From contig NC_090393.1 in the NCBI RefSeq assembly GCF_036365525.1, positions 55,876,335 through 55,940,334 of the forward strand: 64,000 nucleotides of DNA. Reading direction: 5' to 3'. Source of the stretch: Heterodontus francisci (taxonomy: Eukaryota). Position numbers and translations under genes: made by a program. This document shows positions 36,435 to 49,329 of the stretch, one piece after another (position 1 is the first letter of the stretch; every line of letters begins with the position of its first letter). The notes under the pieces are model-generated. The model was not told where the DNA came from and ran no database searches. It saw nothing but the letters and a program-made list of their open reading frames with translations.

Positions 36435-37764
36435 CTTTTTTTTAAAAAAGTTTAGTAGTGTTGGGCAGCCGCTTTGGTTGAAGCACAGGTTTTTTTCATA
36501 ACGTTAGCATTCGTATTGCATCAATCCACTGTACATGATGAATGGATTACTTTGCTCCATACATATTTCAAAATATCAGTATCTTGCTTTGGGCACCTTG
36601 TTATTTGCCAGTTCTAGTTCTCTGGTTTCTTCAAAGACACTGCGATATGTCTTGACTTTGTGCCATCATGTAAGCAGATGTCGGTGAATCGACCGCCCAT
36701 TTTACAGCTCTCACGGCTTTTATTTCCATTGACCTCAATTTAAATAAAAATCGGAAGAGATCTAAAACAGGCTACCCACTCACTACGACCTGTTTTACAC
36801 TATTGCATAAAGTCAGATTTACCTCCACTGAACCGACTTAAACTTAATTGTGATGCGTTCACATGTTTCAGTTTTTAAGCCATCCCGAACAGAGACCAAC
36901 ATATATTTAATTAATTGAATACATATTAGGACAGCGTTTGTGGCCGTAGTGTGCCGTGTGATACAGATAAAACATCTTGGGAGCTTTAAAATCTAGCCGC
37001 GTTATTCCCTGGCAAGAAAACTCTTGGCGCCAACAGTAAACTTACAGTGTAAGTTCATTTTAAACATATTTCAAATGTTTCTCTTATTTGCTTTCTTGAA
37101 TTACTTGTCTGTGTATTGAAACAGCAAATAGTTCAGATCAGGTTTTTGCAGAATCTTGTACTTGCAACATTCGTCCACATGACGCGTCATTGTTTGGTGC
37201 AAATAAATCCAGTCTTCTGATGTAATATTTTAAGCAAAATTAAAATATTTTAGTAACTTTTGGTGCTGAACTCATATAAAGCATATGTTTCAGTTTTATT
37301 TACAGGATTTATTTGACGCAACATTTAGCTTCTTTAAGTTGAAACCTGTCAATGTTTCCTTACAATAATCCGTGATTCATTTCACAATTTATTTCTGTAT
37401 CGGATATCAACATTGCATACACTCAGACTGTGAGCGCACATTTCGCACACAGTAATCTATAAGCATAGCAATTTAAAAAATTGTAAAGAAATTTAAAAAT
37501 CACATCAAGCAGACGGCAATCAGGAATTGAGATGAAAGCTAAGACTACTGAGATATATTAAAGTTCACCAAGTAGTATGAAAGAAATGATGGGAGAAATC
37601 TGCACGCAGATATATGAAACTGTAAAACTCACAGAATCATAATCATGGATAAATTCAATTAGAATAAGTCAGCGCTTTAATGTTCGCACGGCACCCTCCT
37701 TTGTTCACTGCCCAGGCTTGGTTTAAAACGGCATTCACATTAAATTTTGTCTCTGAGACATTAA

Positions 37765-38670
37765 TATAGATGATTGCACCATTCGTGACTCCTCAGATAC
37801 TGATGCAGCCCGTGTCTAGATGCAGCAAGACCTGGACAACACCTGGCTTCGACTGATAAGTGGAAAGTAACATTTGCGTCATACAAGTGACAAGTGACCA
37901 TCTTCAACAAGAGAGAATCTAACCGTCTCCCCCGATGTTCAATGGCATTGCTATCACTGAATACCCCACTACCAACATCCTGGGGGTAACCATTGATCAG
38001 AAACTGAACTGAACCAACCACATAAATGCTGTGGCTACAAGAGCAGGTCAGAGGCTAGAAAATCTGCAGCGAGTAACTCACCTCCTGATTTCCAACCCCC
38101 CCCCCCCCCCGCCCCACCCCCTCCACACAATGCCTGTCCACCATCTACAAGTCGCGAGTGTGATGGAATACTTTCCACTTGCCTGGATGGGTGCAGCTCC
38201 AACAACACTCAAGAAGCTCGATACCATCCAGAACAAAGCAGCCTGCTTGATTGTTACCCCATCCACCACCTTCAACATTCACTCCCTTCACTACTAACCC
38301 ACAGTGGCAGCAGTGTGTACCATCTAAAAGATGCACTGCAGCAACTGATCAAGGCTCCTTTGGCAGCAACTTCCAAACCCACGATCTCTACCACCTCAAA
38401 GGACAAGGGCAGCAGATGAATGGGAACACCACCAAGTTCCCCTCCAAGCCACACGCCATCCTGACATGGAACTGTATCGCTATTCCTTCTCTGTCGCTGG
38501 GTCAAGATCCTGGAACTCTGTTCCTCACAGCATTTTGGGGGTACCCACACCAGATGGACTACAGCTTTTCAAGAAGGCAGCTCACCACCACCTTCTCAAG
38601 GGCAATTAGGGATGGGTAACAAATGCTGGCCTAGTGAGTGACGCCCACATCTCATGAAAGAATTAAAAAA
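37765..38670 (+). mobile_element. LINE 3' fragment of the same family as 28169-31425
   Basis: MEYFPLAWMGAAPTTLKKLDTIQ; shared tail GGGCAATTAGGGATGGG. Confidence 0.9.
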
Positions 38671-39364
38671 TCTAATTTAAATAGGGTTAAAGGGTGAGGA
38701 TAACTGGACGAGGACACAAATAGTTCGCCATTTTATAGTCATATATTTTGTCTCCGTTTCGATTTCATCTTTCGATTATATTCTCTGCACTGGCTGAGGA
38801 GCTGGCAGATGCAAAATTGAGATGCTCAGCTTGTTGAACGAAAATATTTGAAGAAATTGCGATTTCCTTTGATTGACCTCCAGCAAAATCAACAAGCGCT
38901 CCTTCAGTAATTTTGCTGAGTTGTTCAGGTTTCTTCATATTGTGGTTATTTCATCCTGGCACGATTTAGGAATGTTTTTGTGGCATTGATAACATCCAGA
39001 GAAAATAACGAAAGGTGATAACTAAAGCAGAACAGCGCTACTTCTGCAACAAATACATCCAAGATTGTAGGAAAGGGCCAACCGCACTCCAAAACTTTGT
39101 ACCTATTACAAGCATTGCCGTTACTTTTCAAGGGTTAAAGGTGCAGTGGTAATCATCCACCTGAAAAGACTGAGAGGTTCACATCATTGCAGACTAGCTT
39201 TAACCTGCTGGAGTCTTGAAATCGCTGCTCAAGCATGCACTTTGCAGCCTGGAAGAAGGGTAACCGAGGGGTGATCCGACAGGATGATGCAAGATTGCAA
39301 AGGTATGGAAAAAGCAAATTCTGAAAACTACTTTAAACAAAATAAGGAGTGTTGGAATTGATAG

Positions 39365-39367
<3 letters not shown>

Positions 39368-39401
<34 letters not shown>
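39368..39401 (+). repeat. (TG)17 microsatellite
   Basis: Direct reading. Confidence 0.95.
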
Positions 39402-39404
<3 letters not shown>

Positions 39405-41189
39405 ATATGATATTTTGTTATAAGATTTTTGCTTGATACAACTTGTATGCAGAATGCATGACCAAGGTGCACTGAAGAATGAGTTTCAGACATGCTAGGT
39501 AATGTGAAAAACACCATTACATGGAATCGTTAATGTGGCTCAGGAGACTGAAAACATATTCTGTATCACCAATTATTTTAACCTTTTAATTAAGGCACTG
39601 ACACCTGCTCCATAGAGAAGCCGCTTTTATACATGCTAAAGGTTTTGTTTAACTCTGTTTACTCTTTATGGTAACTCAGTGGTAAATACCATCTGAGGCT
39701 GTAAACTTCTCTAACAATTGGTTCGATTGACATTACTTGACACAATAGGTTACTGTTGGAGATGCTTGCAACCTAGGCAGTAGTACTTAGTATCTTAGAT
39801 TGATCAAATTCTACTGCATCTGGAGACTGAGGGGTGACATATCCGTTGACATCCTTATTTCTTCTTCTAGTCTGTCCCTGGTCTCCTCTTCACTTTAAAA
39901 TGGCTGCTGTTAAACCATTCTCATGGCAAAAAGAAAGCTCCTGGTTCTTTTCCCTCTCTCTCATTGCCATGGTTCAAACAAGCTGAAGTATTTGATGTTT
40001 ACATAGAAGGCATAGCTAGACAGCTGTCTAGCTGTCATTAATCACTCCTCATAACTCTGGGAAAGTACATCGTCTCAGTTAGCCGTTGAAATAGTTTTCA
40101 AACTTTATGAAGCTTCTTGCACCGTCAACTTTAACAGTTCTATCTTCTATTGAAGCAAACTCTTTTCCTCCCGCAAGTGAAAAATTAATATTGAAAAGTC
40201 CAAAATTCTAGTACAAATTAGTGAAACTATGCGAATAATATTAAACACACTGATACCCATCAGGTGGATTGACAGTCAGGCATAGAGATAAATTCAATAT
40301 TGAATTCTAAAATTTAGGGTTGCGTTTCCTTGAATTAACACCAAAATTGGTATAATTGAGGGCTAGGGAGAAATAATACTTACTGAGAGTTATCCATCAG
40401 ATGGAAATGATAAATGGAGTGCTGGATGATTGTTCAAGTTAAGGGAGCAACTTCTTGATAATATCATAGTATTTGAGGGAATCTTAGTTTTCATTGTAGC
40501 TTTCTGTATAATGTATTATGGTATTTTTGATTGCCACATGATGTGTAATATTAATCAAATGAAGCTTCGACTGGAAGAGCAAATGGCTCGCGATAAATAT
40601 GTGATGTTAACAAGATGAGGTCTTGAACTTACCAAAACGCCGTAATATCCCACTGAAAGCATTGTGGGGGCTGTTAGAGAGTAAGATTGAAAAAACGTAC
40701 GGAAACCATTTATGGCGAAAGGATCACGTTAGGTTCCATTTGAAGTTTTATAGTTAAATCGGAAGAAGCTATGTACTGCAGAGCTCGTTAACAGTCTGCG
40801 GCTTTACGTTACTTGAAGAATTTCCCAATAATTCAAGTAAACACATCCCAGCAAACTGAGGCTTTAAAGACAGTTGTGAGATTTATTCTTTGTCTCTGAT
40901 CCTACGATCTACAACAGAGATGAACAGTACTTCACAAGAAGATTTGGAACATATGCAACAACTAATGCAGACATTGAAAAGAGAACATCTAAACTGCTGA
41001 ATGATCGGAAGTTGTTTGTAATGTGGGACAGCATTCTTAGATGGGAATCATGTCTATGCTCTCTCTTAGTATGCAGCATATTGCGATTGAAATACTTTTT
41101 ACTCTTATTTATCGAACTTAATTTAAATGCCACGGTGACGAATTTCTTATAACAACAATGCCTTTGATCGTCCGGTGTATTTTATTTTT

Positions 41190-41478
41190 ATTTTGAGATA
41201 CAGCACTGAAACAGTACCTTCGGCCCACCGAGTCTGTGCATACCAACAACCACCCATTTATACTAATCCGACATTAACCCCATATCCCCTACCACATCCC
41301 CACCATTCTCCTACCTACACTAGGGGCAATTTACAACGGCCAATTCACCGATCAACCTGCAAGTCTTTGGCTGTGGGAGCACCCGGTGGAAACTCATGCG
41401 GTTACAGGGAGCACCCAGAACTGAACCCAGGTCGCTGAAGTTGTGAAGCTGCGGTGCTAACCACTAGCGCCACTGTGC
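41190..41478 (-). mobile_element. tRNA-derived SINE, V-SINE/HE1-like
   Basis: Minus strand GCACAGTGGCGCTAGTGGTTAGCACC head, CTGGGTTCA B box, CR1-type tail GGTGGGCCGAAGG. Confidence 0.75.
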
Positions 41479-42469
41479 GGTGGTGCACATAATACGGGTT
41501 CCTGGGTTTGATCACATTTTCAGTGAGTTTTCCATATCTTATTAACGACCGGGAACTGAAGAACCTTTCATTTTCTGTTATAGACTATATTAAAGCCCAT
41601 GGATTGAGAACTGTCAGGTCCTTGCTCACTCTGCAACTATGATATGAATAAACGAATACACTTGAAAACTTAGAGTAGCAGAATGAATACTTGGCAAAGG
41701 AGCATAACAGGTAAGAGTACGAACATTTCATGTGAAACTAATACTATTTAAACAAAATTACAGATAGATGAAGTTTGGATCCGTAGCCTTCCGAGGAATG
41801 CATCCATTGTATCGAAACACTACTGGAGCAGATAAATAAGGGAACTTGGCTGTAATCACTATCATATAGGATCTTGTAATTGATTCAAGTCGCCTTGAGA
41901 AGGACTGTCTGTAGCAAAGGACACTGACTTATTTTGCTGACAAAGAGATAAACAAGGTGGAAGAAAGACAGCTGTCTGCTGGACCATGAGAACTGGAAGG
42001 AAAACGTTAAATTATTTTGCCCAGTTGCAGAAAAAGAGAAAGGCATCCAGTAATGTTCAGTAATCCACATGTAGTGCTTTAAAATATTCAAAATAGAATT
42101 AACCCATTCTATCTCCCGAACGAAGTATTTGATCACTCTTGTTTTGAATTGGAATTCTCGCATAAGTTTGCATGGCATGTTTATCGGGAAGACTATTGTA
42201 AATTGTCAATAAACTTATTTTGGATTTTTTATATCACTGCAGAGTCTGGCTCGGTTGCTTCTTACCTTTAGAGCAGAGAAAATCTTTCAGCGTGGGAGTG
42301 GAATCTTAAATAGGCCAACCAAGTTTCCTTCGGAAAAGACATTAGTGAACCATTTAGGTTTTTACCAGAGGTCGAGAAGGACACCTTTACTGATTTCTGT
42401 TTTAGATTTTTATTACTGAATTGAAAGTCTCAAACTGCCATAATCGGATGTAAACTCACATTCCCTGAC

Positions 42470-42980
42470 AAAGTGGCTCCTGACAACTGGAGGAGCTGAG
42501 GTAGAGCAGAGGGGAGGAAGCAGCGAGGCCGCGAGCGAGTGGCGCACAGGTGGGGGTTGGGGCGGGCGGTGGGGGGTTCGTGGTAAAGCAGGGAGCGTGG
42601 CCGAGGGGAGAGAAGTGGCGAAGCGTGGAGCGAGCAGACGGGCACGGGAGGCAGCGGCGAAGAGAAGCAATGGCAGGAGGGAGCGGGGTACTGTTGGGGG
42701 TGGGATGGAGGTAGCGATCGCAGCCGCTGTGGCCATTTGGATTTCTTTGTTTTCGTTCTTGTGATAAATTGAGCAGCGTCATCTTTACTACTGGCAGCTT
42801 TCCTCTTCATTATCAGCCATATGGCCAATTTTTGTATTATCTGCAAACTTAATTACCATACCCCTTACATTCAAATCATTGATTATCTACCATGAGGCTA
42901 CATTTGCGCATGTCCTAGTGGTTGCGTTGTCAGCAAACGCAGCCGACGATGTCGGCGCTGGGCTGCGTTGGCAGGAGTCA
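42470..42980 (-). repeat. GC-rich repeat related to 10494-10960, holding a captured CR1 piece
   Basis: Shared motifs; 42795-42892 matches 45347-45443. Confidence 0.6.
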
Positions 42981-43274
42981 CTTCGATTTAAAACAGTTTC
43001 AATAGGGGTTGGCGCCGAATCCCTTAAACACTCATTTTAGTTTTGGTTACAGGTTTTTACATCTTTACAGAATTTTTTCTTACATTAAGTTGAAATTTGT
43101 CTGTGTTTTCTTGCAATGGCCTCGTGATACTTTCCACAATTTAAAAACTATAGGATATCCGCATTCCATACACGAGTATGTGCACTCTTTGTTATCTCAC
43201 ATCGTAGCCCATAAGCATCACGATTAAAAATAAAAATGCAGGGAAGTTTCAAAATCCACATGAAAAAGACCATG

Positions 43275-44488
43275 GAGTAAAATTGCAACCATTTCTGGAT
43301 TTTACCGATGGCAGCCGATATGGAAGGCGGATTTCACATATCAGTTCAGCGTGGAGCAATTAAAGTATTTCCGAGACCAATTAACTGGAATTTGACGGGG
43401 CATTCTGGACTTTACTAACAGCGCATGGGAACCAGGGGCCTTCAGAGCCTCGCCTGATTAAAGGAGGCAGCAAGCAAGTGGGAACTCAATGCTGGCTCTC
43501 ACAGCCATCCATTGAGAGAGCCAGCATGCCATGCCAAGGAGGGTGGTGCATGGAGGACTGGCGGAAAGGTGGCAGCACTACAGAGACGTTCTGCCAGGGT
43601 GTCATTTGGGTAGTGGCATAGGCTGGAAACAAATAAATGAGGGAAAGGGGGAGGGGCCTTCTGGATAGAAGGCTTTGCACAAGGAGAGAGACAACCTGCC
43701 ATGGGCCTCATCCATCCAGGCTTTGGGACCCCGTTCAGGAGAAGGGCAGCTTAGAAGGACGGAGGTCCAGGCGCCAGCAGAGGCACAACAGCAATCACAG
43801 GACCAACAAGAGGGCCAGCCTTGGGGTAAGCACGCCGGACTGCTGCACGCAGAAGAAGCTATCTGCAAGAAACAGTCTACCATCTGAGGCTCAACTACTT
43901 CCAGATGTCCGAGCGTCAGCAAAGACTGCGACTCTCCAGGAATGCTGCGACTGATCTGTGTTCCATATTGCAGGACCAGCTGAGACCCATGGGGATTAGT
44001 GGACATGCAATTCCGTAGTGCTGAAGATCACCATGCCTCTCAACTTCTGCACCTCTGGATCTTTCCAGGGATCTACTGGAGACATGTGTGGGATGTGGTG
44101 CATCAGTGCATCAAGGAGGTCACCAATGCCCTGTTCAAGAGGACCAGCTACTATGTGTGCTTTCAGATCCATCCACTCAGTGAGGCAGAGAGGTCTACTG
44201 GATTCAGCGCCTTCACTGGATTCCCAGCTGCAAGGTGTCACTAACTGAACGCATTTGGCCATCAAGGCTCAACAGACCAAACAGTGGCCTTCAACAACAG
44301 AAAGGTTGTCCACTCATTCAATGTTCAACTGGTCTGCAAACACCAAAAATAGATCCTTCAGGTGTGTGCACAGTTCCTAGGAAGCAGCCATGATGCCGAC
44401 ATACCTCGGCAGTACCAGGTGCCACAGGACTTCTGGCCTCCCAGATGCCTTCAGGGGTGGATACTGGGAGACAAGGGATAGCCACTAA
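43275..44488 (+). mobile_element. PIF/Harbinger transposase remnant
   Basis: LNFCTSGSFQGSTGDMCG, CIKEVTNALF, HSFNVQLVC, GSSHDA, WILGDKG (HARBI1-like DDE); frameshifted. Confidence 0.85.
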
Positions 44489-45612
44489 ATCATAGAATCA
44501 TAGAAATGTACAACACTGAAGGAAGCCATTTGGTCCATCACGTCCATGCCAGCTGACAAGTAGCCATCCAGCCTAATGCCACTTTCTAGCCCTTGGTCCA
44601 TAACCATGTAGGTTATGGCACTTCAAGTGCATGTCCAAATGCTTTTTCAATATTATGAGGGGTTTTACCTCTACCACCCTTTCAGGCAGTGGGTTCCAGA
44701 TCCCCACCAACTTCTGGGTGAAAAGATTTCCCCTCGAATCCCCTTTAAACCTCCTATCTCTTATCCTAAATCTATGCACTCTGGTTCTGAACCCATCATC
44801 CAAGGGGAATGGGGCCTTTCTATTCACTCTATGTAGACTCCTCATAATTTTATACACTTCAATTAAGTCTCCCTTCAGCCTCCCTTCTGTTCCAAAGAAA
44901 ACAACACTAGCCTATCCCATCTTTCCTTATAACTAAAATTCTCCAGTATAGGTAACATCTTCATAAATCTCCTCTGTACCTATCTAGTATAATCATATCT
45001 TTCCTATAGTGCAGTGACCAGAACTGCACACATTATTCCAGCTGTGGCCTAACTAGTGTTTTATACCGTTCCAGCTTAAACTCCCAGCTCTAATGTTCTA
45101 TGCCTTGGCTTATAAAGGCATGTATCCTGAGTGCCTTCCTGGGCACCTTATCTACCTGTCCAGTCACATTCAGAGATGTGTGAACATGCATTCCAAATTC
45201 CCTCTGTTCCTCTACACTTGTCAGTATTCTACCATCTATTGTGTATTCCCTTGCCTTGCTAGCCTTCCGCAAATGCATTACCTCATACTTCTCTGTTGTC
45301 ACTGTTCTGCCAACTGACTTGTCCATTGATGTCTTCCTGCAGTCTACAGCTTTCCGCTTCATTATCATCCATATGGCCAATTTTTGCATCATCTGCAAAC
45401 TTAATAATCATACCCCTTACATTCAAATCATTGATATATACCACAAAAAGCACGGGCCTGGTACTGAGCCCTATGGAACCCTACTAGAAACAGCCTTCCA
45501 GTCACAATAACACCCAGTGACCATGACCCTTTGCTTCTTGCCTCTGAGACAGTTTTGGATCCAATGCATCACTTTGCCTTGGATCCTCTGGGCTTCTATT
45601 TTCGTGAACAGT

Positions 45613-47050
45613 CTCTTCTTTGGCCTTATTGTCTCGAGGGACAATGGGTAAGTGCCTGGAGGTGGTCAGTGGTTTGTGGTGCAGCGCCTGGAGTGGCTGT
45701 AAAGGCCAATTCTAGAGTGACAGGCTCTTCCACAGGCGCTGCAGATAAAATTGGTTGTCGGGGCTGGTACACAGTTGGCTCTCTCCTTGCGCTTCTGTCT
45801 TTTTTCCTGCCAACTGCTAAGTCTCTTCGACTCGCCACTCTTTAGCCCCGCCTTTATGGCTGTCTGCCAGCTCTGGCGATCACTGGCAACTGACTCCCAC
45901 GACTGTTGGTCAATGTCACAGGACTTCTTGTCATGTTTGCAGACATCTTTAAAGCGGAGACATGGACGGCCGGTAGGTCTGATGCCAGTGCCGATCTCGC
46001 TGTACAATGCATCCTGGGGGATCCTGCCATCTTCCATGTGGCTCACATGGCCAAGCCATCTCAAGCGCCGTTGGCTCAATAGGATGTATGTGCTGAGGAT
46101 GTTGGCCACCTCGAGGACTACTGTGTTGGAGATACGGTCCTGCCACCTGATACTAAGGATTCCCCAGAGGCAGCGAAGATGGAATGAGTTGAGACGTCAG
46201 TCTTGGCTGGCATACAGTGTCCAGTACTCACTGCCATAGAGCAACGTACTGAGGACACAGGCTTGAAACACTCGGACTTTCGTGTTCCGTGTCAGTGCAC
46301 CATTTTCCCACACTCTCTTGGCCAGTCTGGACATAGCAGTGGACTCCTTTCCCATGTGCTTGTTGATTTCTGCATCGAGAGACAGGTTACTGGTGACAGT
46401 TGAGCCTAGGTAGGTGAACTCTTGAACCACTTCCAGAGTGTGGTCGCCGATATTGATGGATGGAGCATTTCTGATGTCCTGTCCCATGATGTTCGTTTTC
46501 TTGAGGCTTTTGGTTAGGCCCAATTGCGTTGCAGACAGCCACAATTCTGTCGCTGAGTCTCTGCAGACACTCTTCTGTGTGGGATGTTAATGCAGCATCG
46601 TCAGCAAAGAGGAATTCCCTGATGAGGACTTTCCGTACTTTGGTCTTCGCTCTAAGATGGGTAAGGTTGAACAACCTGCCATCTGATCTTGTGTGGAGGA
46701 AAATTCCTTCTTCTGAAGACTTGAACGCATGTGAGAGCAGCAGGGAGAAGAAAATCCCAAACAGTGTAGGTGCGAGAACACAGCCCTGTTTCACTCCACT
46801 AAGTATAGGAAAGGGGTCTGATGAGGCACTGCTATGCTGAATTGTGCCTTTCATATTGTCATGGAATAAGGTGATGATGCTTAGTAGCTTTGGTTGACAT
46901 CCAATCTTTGCTAGTAGTCTGAAGAGACCACGTCTGCTGACGCGGTCAAAAGCTTTGGTGAGATGTATGAAAGCAACGGAGAGGGGCATCTGCTGTTCAC
47001 AGCATTTCTCCTGTAGCTGGTGAAGGGAGAACAGCATGTCAATGGTGGAT
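45613..47050 (-). mobile_element. RTE-clade (BovB-like) LINE 3' half
   Basis: AFIHLTKAFDRVSR, GVKQGCVLAPTLF, LFADDAAL, RRLRWLGHVSHM, C-terminal CSACGRACHSRIGLYSH. Confidence 0.9.
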
Positions 47051-47076
47051 TGAATGGTGGTCAATGGTCAATACCA

Positions 47077-48010
47077 TGTAGGATATTAACAAAATGTCAT
47101 GCAGGCCTCCACCTGCCAAGAACGAGACACACATATTTCGTCCCATGACCATTATATTTTAAATTTGTCGGTGGGAAGAAAAGAAGGCATATTACAAGGG
47201 GTTGCCAAGCCCCTGACTGGAAACCATTTGCATAGTAACAGACAGTGCTTGGAAAGGACAAAGTGGCCACTCCCTGCTCCAATTTAATCCACAATGGACT
47301 TTTCATTACCAGACATTGGAGGTGGAGAAGCTAGCATTCCAGGCTAACTGCTAAGATGGCCGAATACACAAACAGACGTGCTCAGACCAGTATAGTCACA
47401 CGACTGTTGGCGTTTTTTGAATTTGAACTTGCCACAGGGAATTTGAACTCGGAAAGCTGTTGGCTCCTGGACTGAAAAGACCTCTCTCCTGTCTGCACTC
47501 ATCTCGCTCTCACCAGCTTCGGAAACCATTGAAGAGATATGAACTCCAAAAGAGAAACGTCTCCTACAGTGAACAAGGTTTAAGAAGAATACTGGGCCGC
47601 AATGAAAAGCAAGACTATCTACAATCAAGGACTCCACAGTGAGCTCAAAGCACAGTAAAACACCCCTCTTCAGAGATTGCTTCAAACCTCTCCACTTTTT
47701 TTCTGCTCTTTTCTGTCTCTATTTTCATGTGCACATCAAGTGTGCATACTAGCGTGGGGTGCTGCATGTATTCATAGGCGTTAACTGAATTAGAGTTGAA
47801 GTTTAACTTTAATAAAATTGCACTTTTCTTCTTTAAACTTAAGACAGAGTATTTATGCTCATTTCTTTGCCTTATAATTGGAAAGTGGTGAACCAGGATT
47901 CTCCAAGAGGGAGCTCAAAACACAATGTGTTTAAAATTGAAACCTGTTACAATAAGACCAGGTGAAGGCTGAGAAAGACCCGTAAACACCTTTCTCACCT
48001 GGTCGTAACA
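47077..48010 (+). mobile_element. Solo LTR (TGT...ACA)
   Basis: TGTAGGA start, TCGTAACA end, AATAAA at 47811; second copy at 933-2345; no TSD seen. Confidence 0.65.
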
Positions 48011-49329
48011 AAAAACTTTGCTAAAATCCAAATAGACCACATCACATGCAAGACCCTCATCAACCTGCTTTGATACCTCCTCAGAAAATTCAACCATTTG
48101 CGTCTGAAATGACCTTCCTTTAACAAATCCGTGCTGACTGTCTTTGATTAATCCATGCCTTTTGAAATGAAGATTTATCCTGTCCCTCAGAATTTTTTCC
48201 CAATAATTTTCCCACCACTGAGGTTAGGCTGACTGGCTTCTAATTACTCAGTCTATCTCTTTCTCCCTTTTTATACAACGGTACAATGTTAGCTGTCCTC
48301 CAGTCCTCCGGTACCACAGCTGTGGTTAGAGAAAATTGGAAAATGATTGTCAGAGATTCCACTATTTCTTCTCTTGCTTTCCTTAACAGCCTAGGATACA
48401 TTTTGTCCAGACCGCGAGACATATCCACTTTCAAAGATATTAAATCCTTTAATACTTCCTGTCTCGCTATGCTTATGTCATCTAGTTTTTCGCACTCCTC
48501 CCTGATTGCAATGTCTGCATCGTCCCTCTCTTTTGTGAAACAGACGCTAATTATTCATTAAGAACCATACCCATACCCTCGGCCTCCACACACAGGTTAC
48601 CCTGATGGTGCCTAATATGCCTTACTCTTTCTTTAGTTATCCTCTTGCTTTTTATGTGTTTATAAAACTTCTTTGGGTTTGATGATTTTACTTGTCAATA
48701 TTTTTTCTTGCCCTCTCTTTGCTTTCCAAATTTCTTTCTTTTAATTTCACCCTTGCACTTTATGTACTCTTCAAAACATTCTATAGTATTGACAGTAATA
48801 ACATAATCTTCCGTTTTTTTTAGCCTTCTCCTATCCTATATGCTGTTTGGCATCAAGGACACTAAAAGCATATTGGAATAGTGACACTCATTCTACTATT
48901 GCATTTGACTTCAATGGAAATGACTATCTGTCGAGGTGTTTAACCAGCGGCCCAGCCGATATTGTGCCTTTTACACCATGGCCTAAATTCATGGGCTTGG
49001 ATTTTGCTGTCCCAATAACGGTGAGCTCTGAGACCTTCACTGCTATTGAGGACTGCAGCAGCACTGCAACTTCAATGAGCTCCGGAGCAGCACACGTTGA
49101 TGGCCCCGCCGGGCCGTTTGTAAAGCAACAGGGACCTGAAACTGTTTGGAACATGGGTTGATTGCCCAGCAGTTCTGATGATTTTATGCCTATTTTCTTG
49201 AAGCTGATATTAGCAGGCACAGAGCCTGCTCAGCAGATTCTGAGCTATTTAATTATGAAAGCAACAGGCTGCTTTTTGTTGCTTTGTACGGTAATAAAAA
49301 TTCATTATGTAGTCTATACATCCATGCCA

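Larger units (their letters stand above)
44489..48840 (-). mobile_element. Degenerate CR1 LINE (44489-45612 plus 48011-48840) hosting RTE and LTR insertions
   Basis: ATCATAGA tail; LVGIWNPLPERVVE; PEDWRTANIVPLYKKG. Confidence 0.8.

Noticed and set aside
37390-37460. Minus-strand TACTGT...CACAGTC...ACAGAAATA as a V end with RSS for the pseudo-C
   Set aside because: Spacer is 27 nt and upstream sequence is AT-rich with no V framework.
38690-42230. Non-repeat stretches with vaguely protein-like short frames
   Set aside because: Many stops and no family I can recognise; needs a translated search.
43950-44488. Host HARBI1 gene (also 58470-59560)
   Set aside because: Frameshifts, stops and multiple copies indicate transposon remnants.
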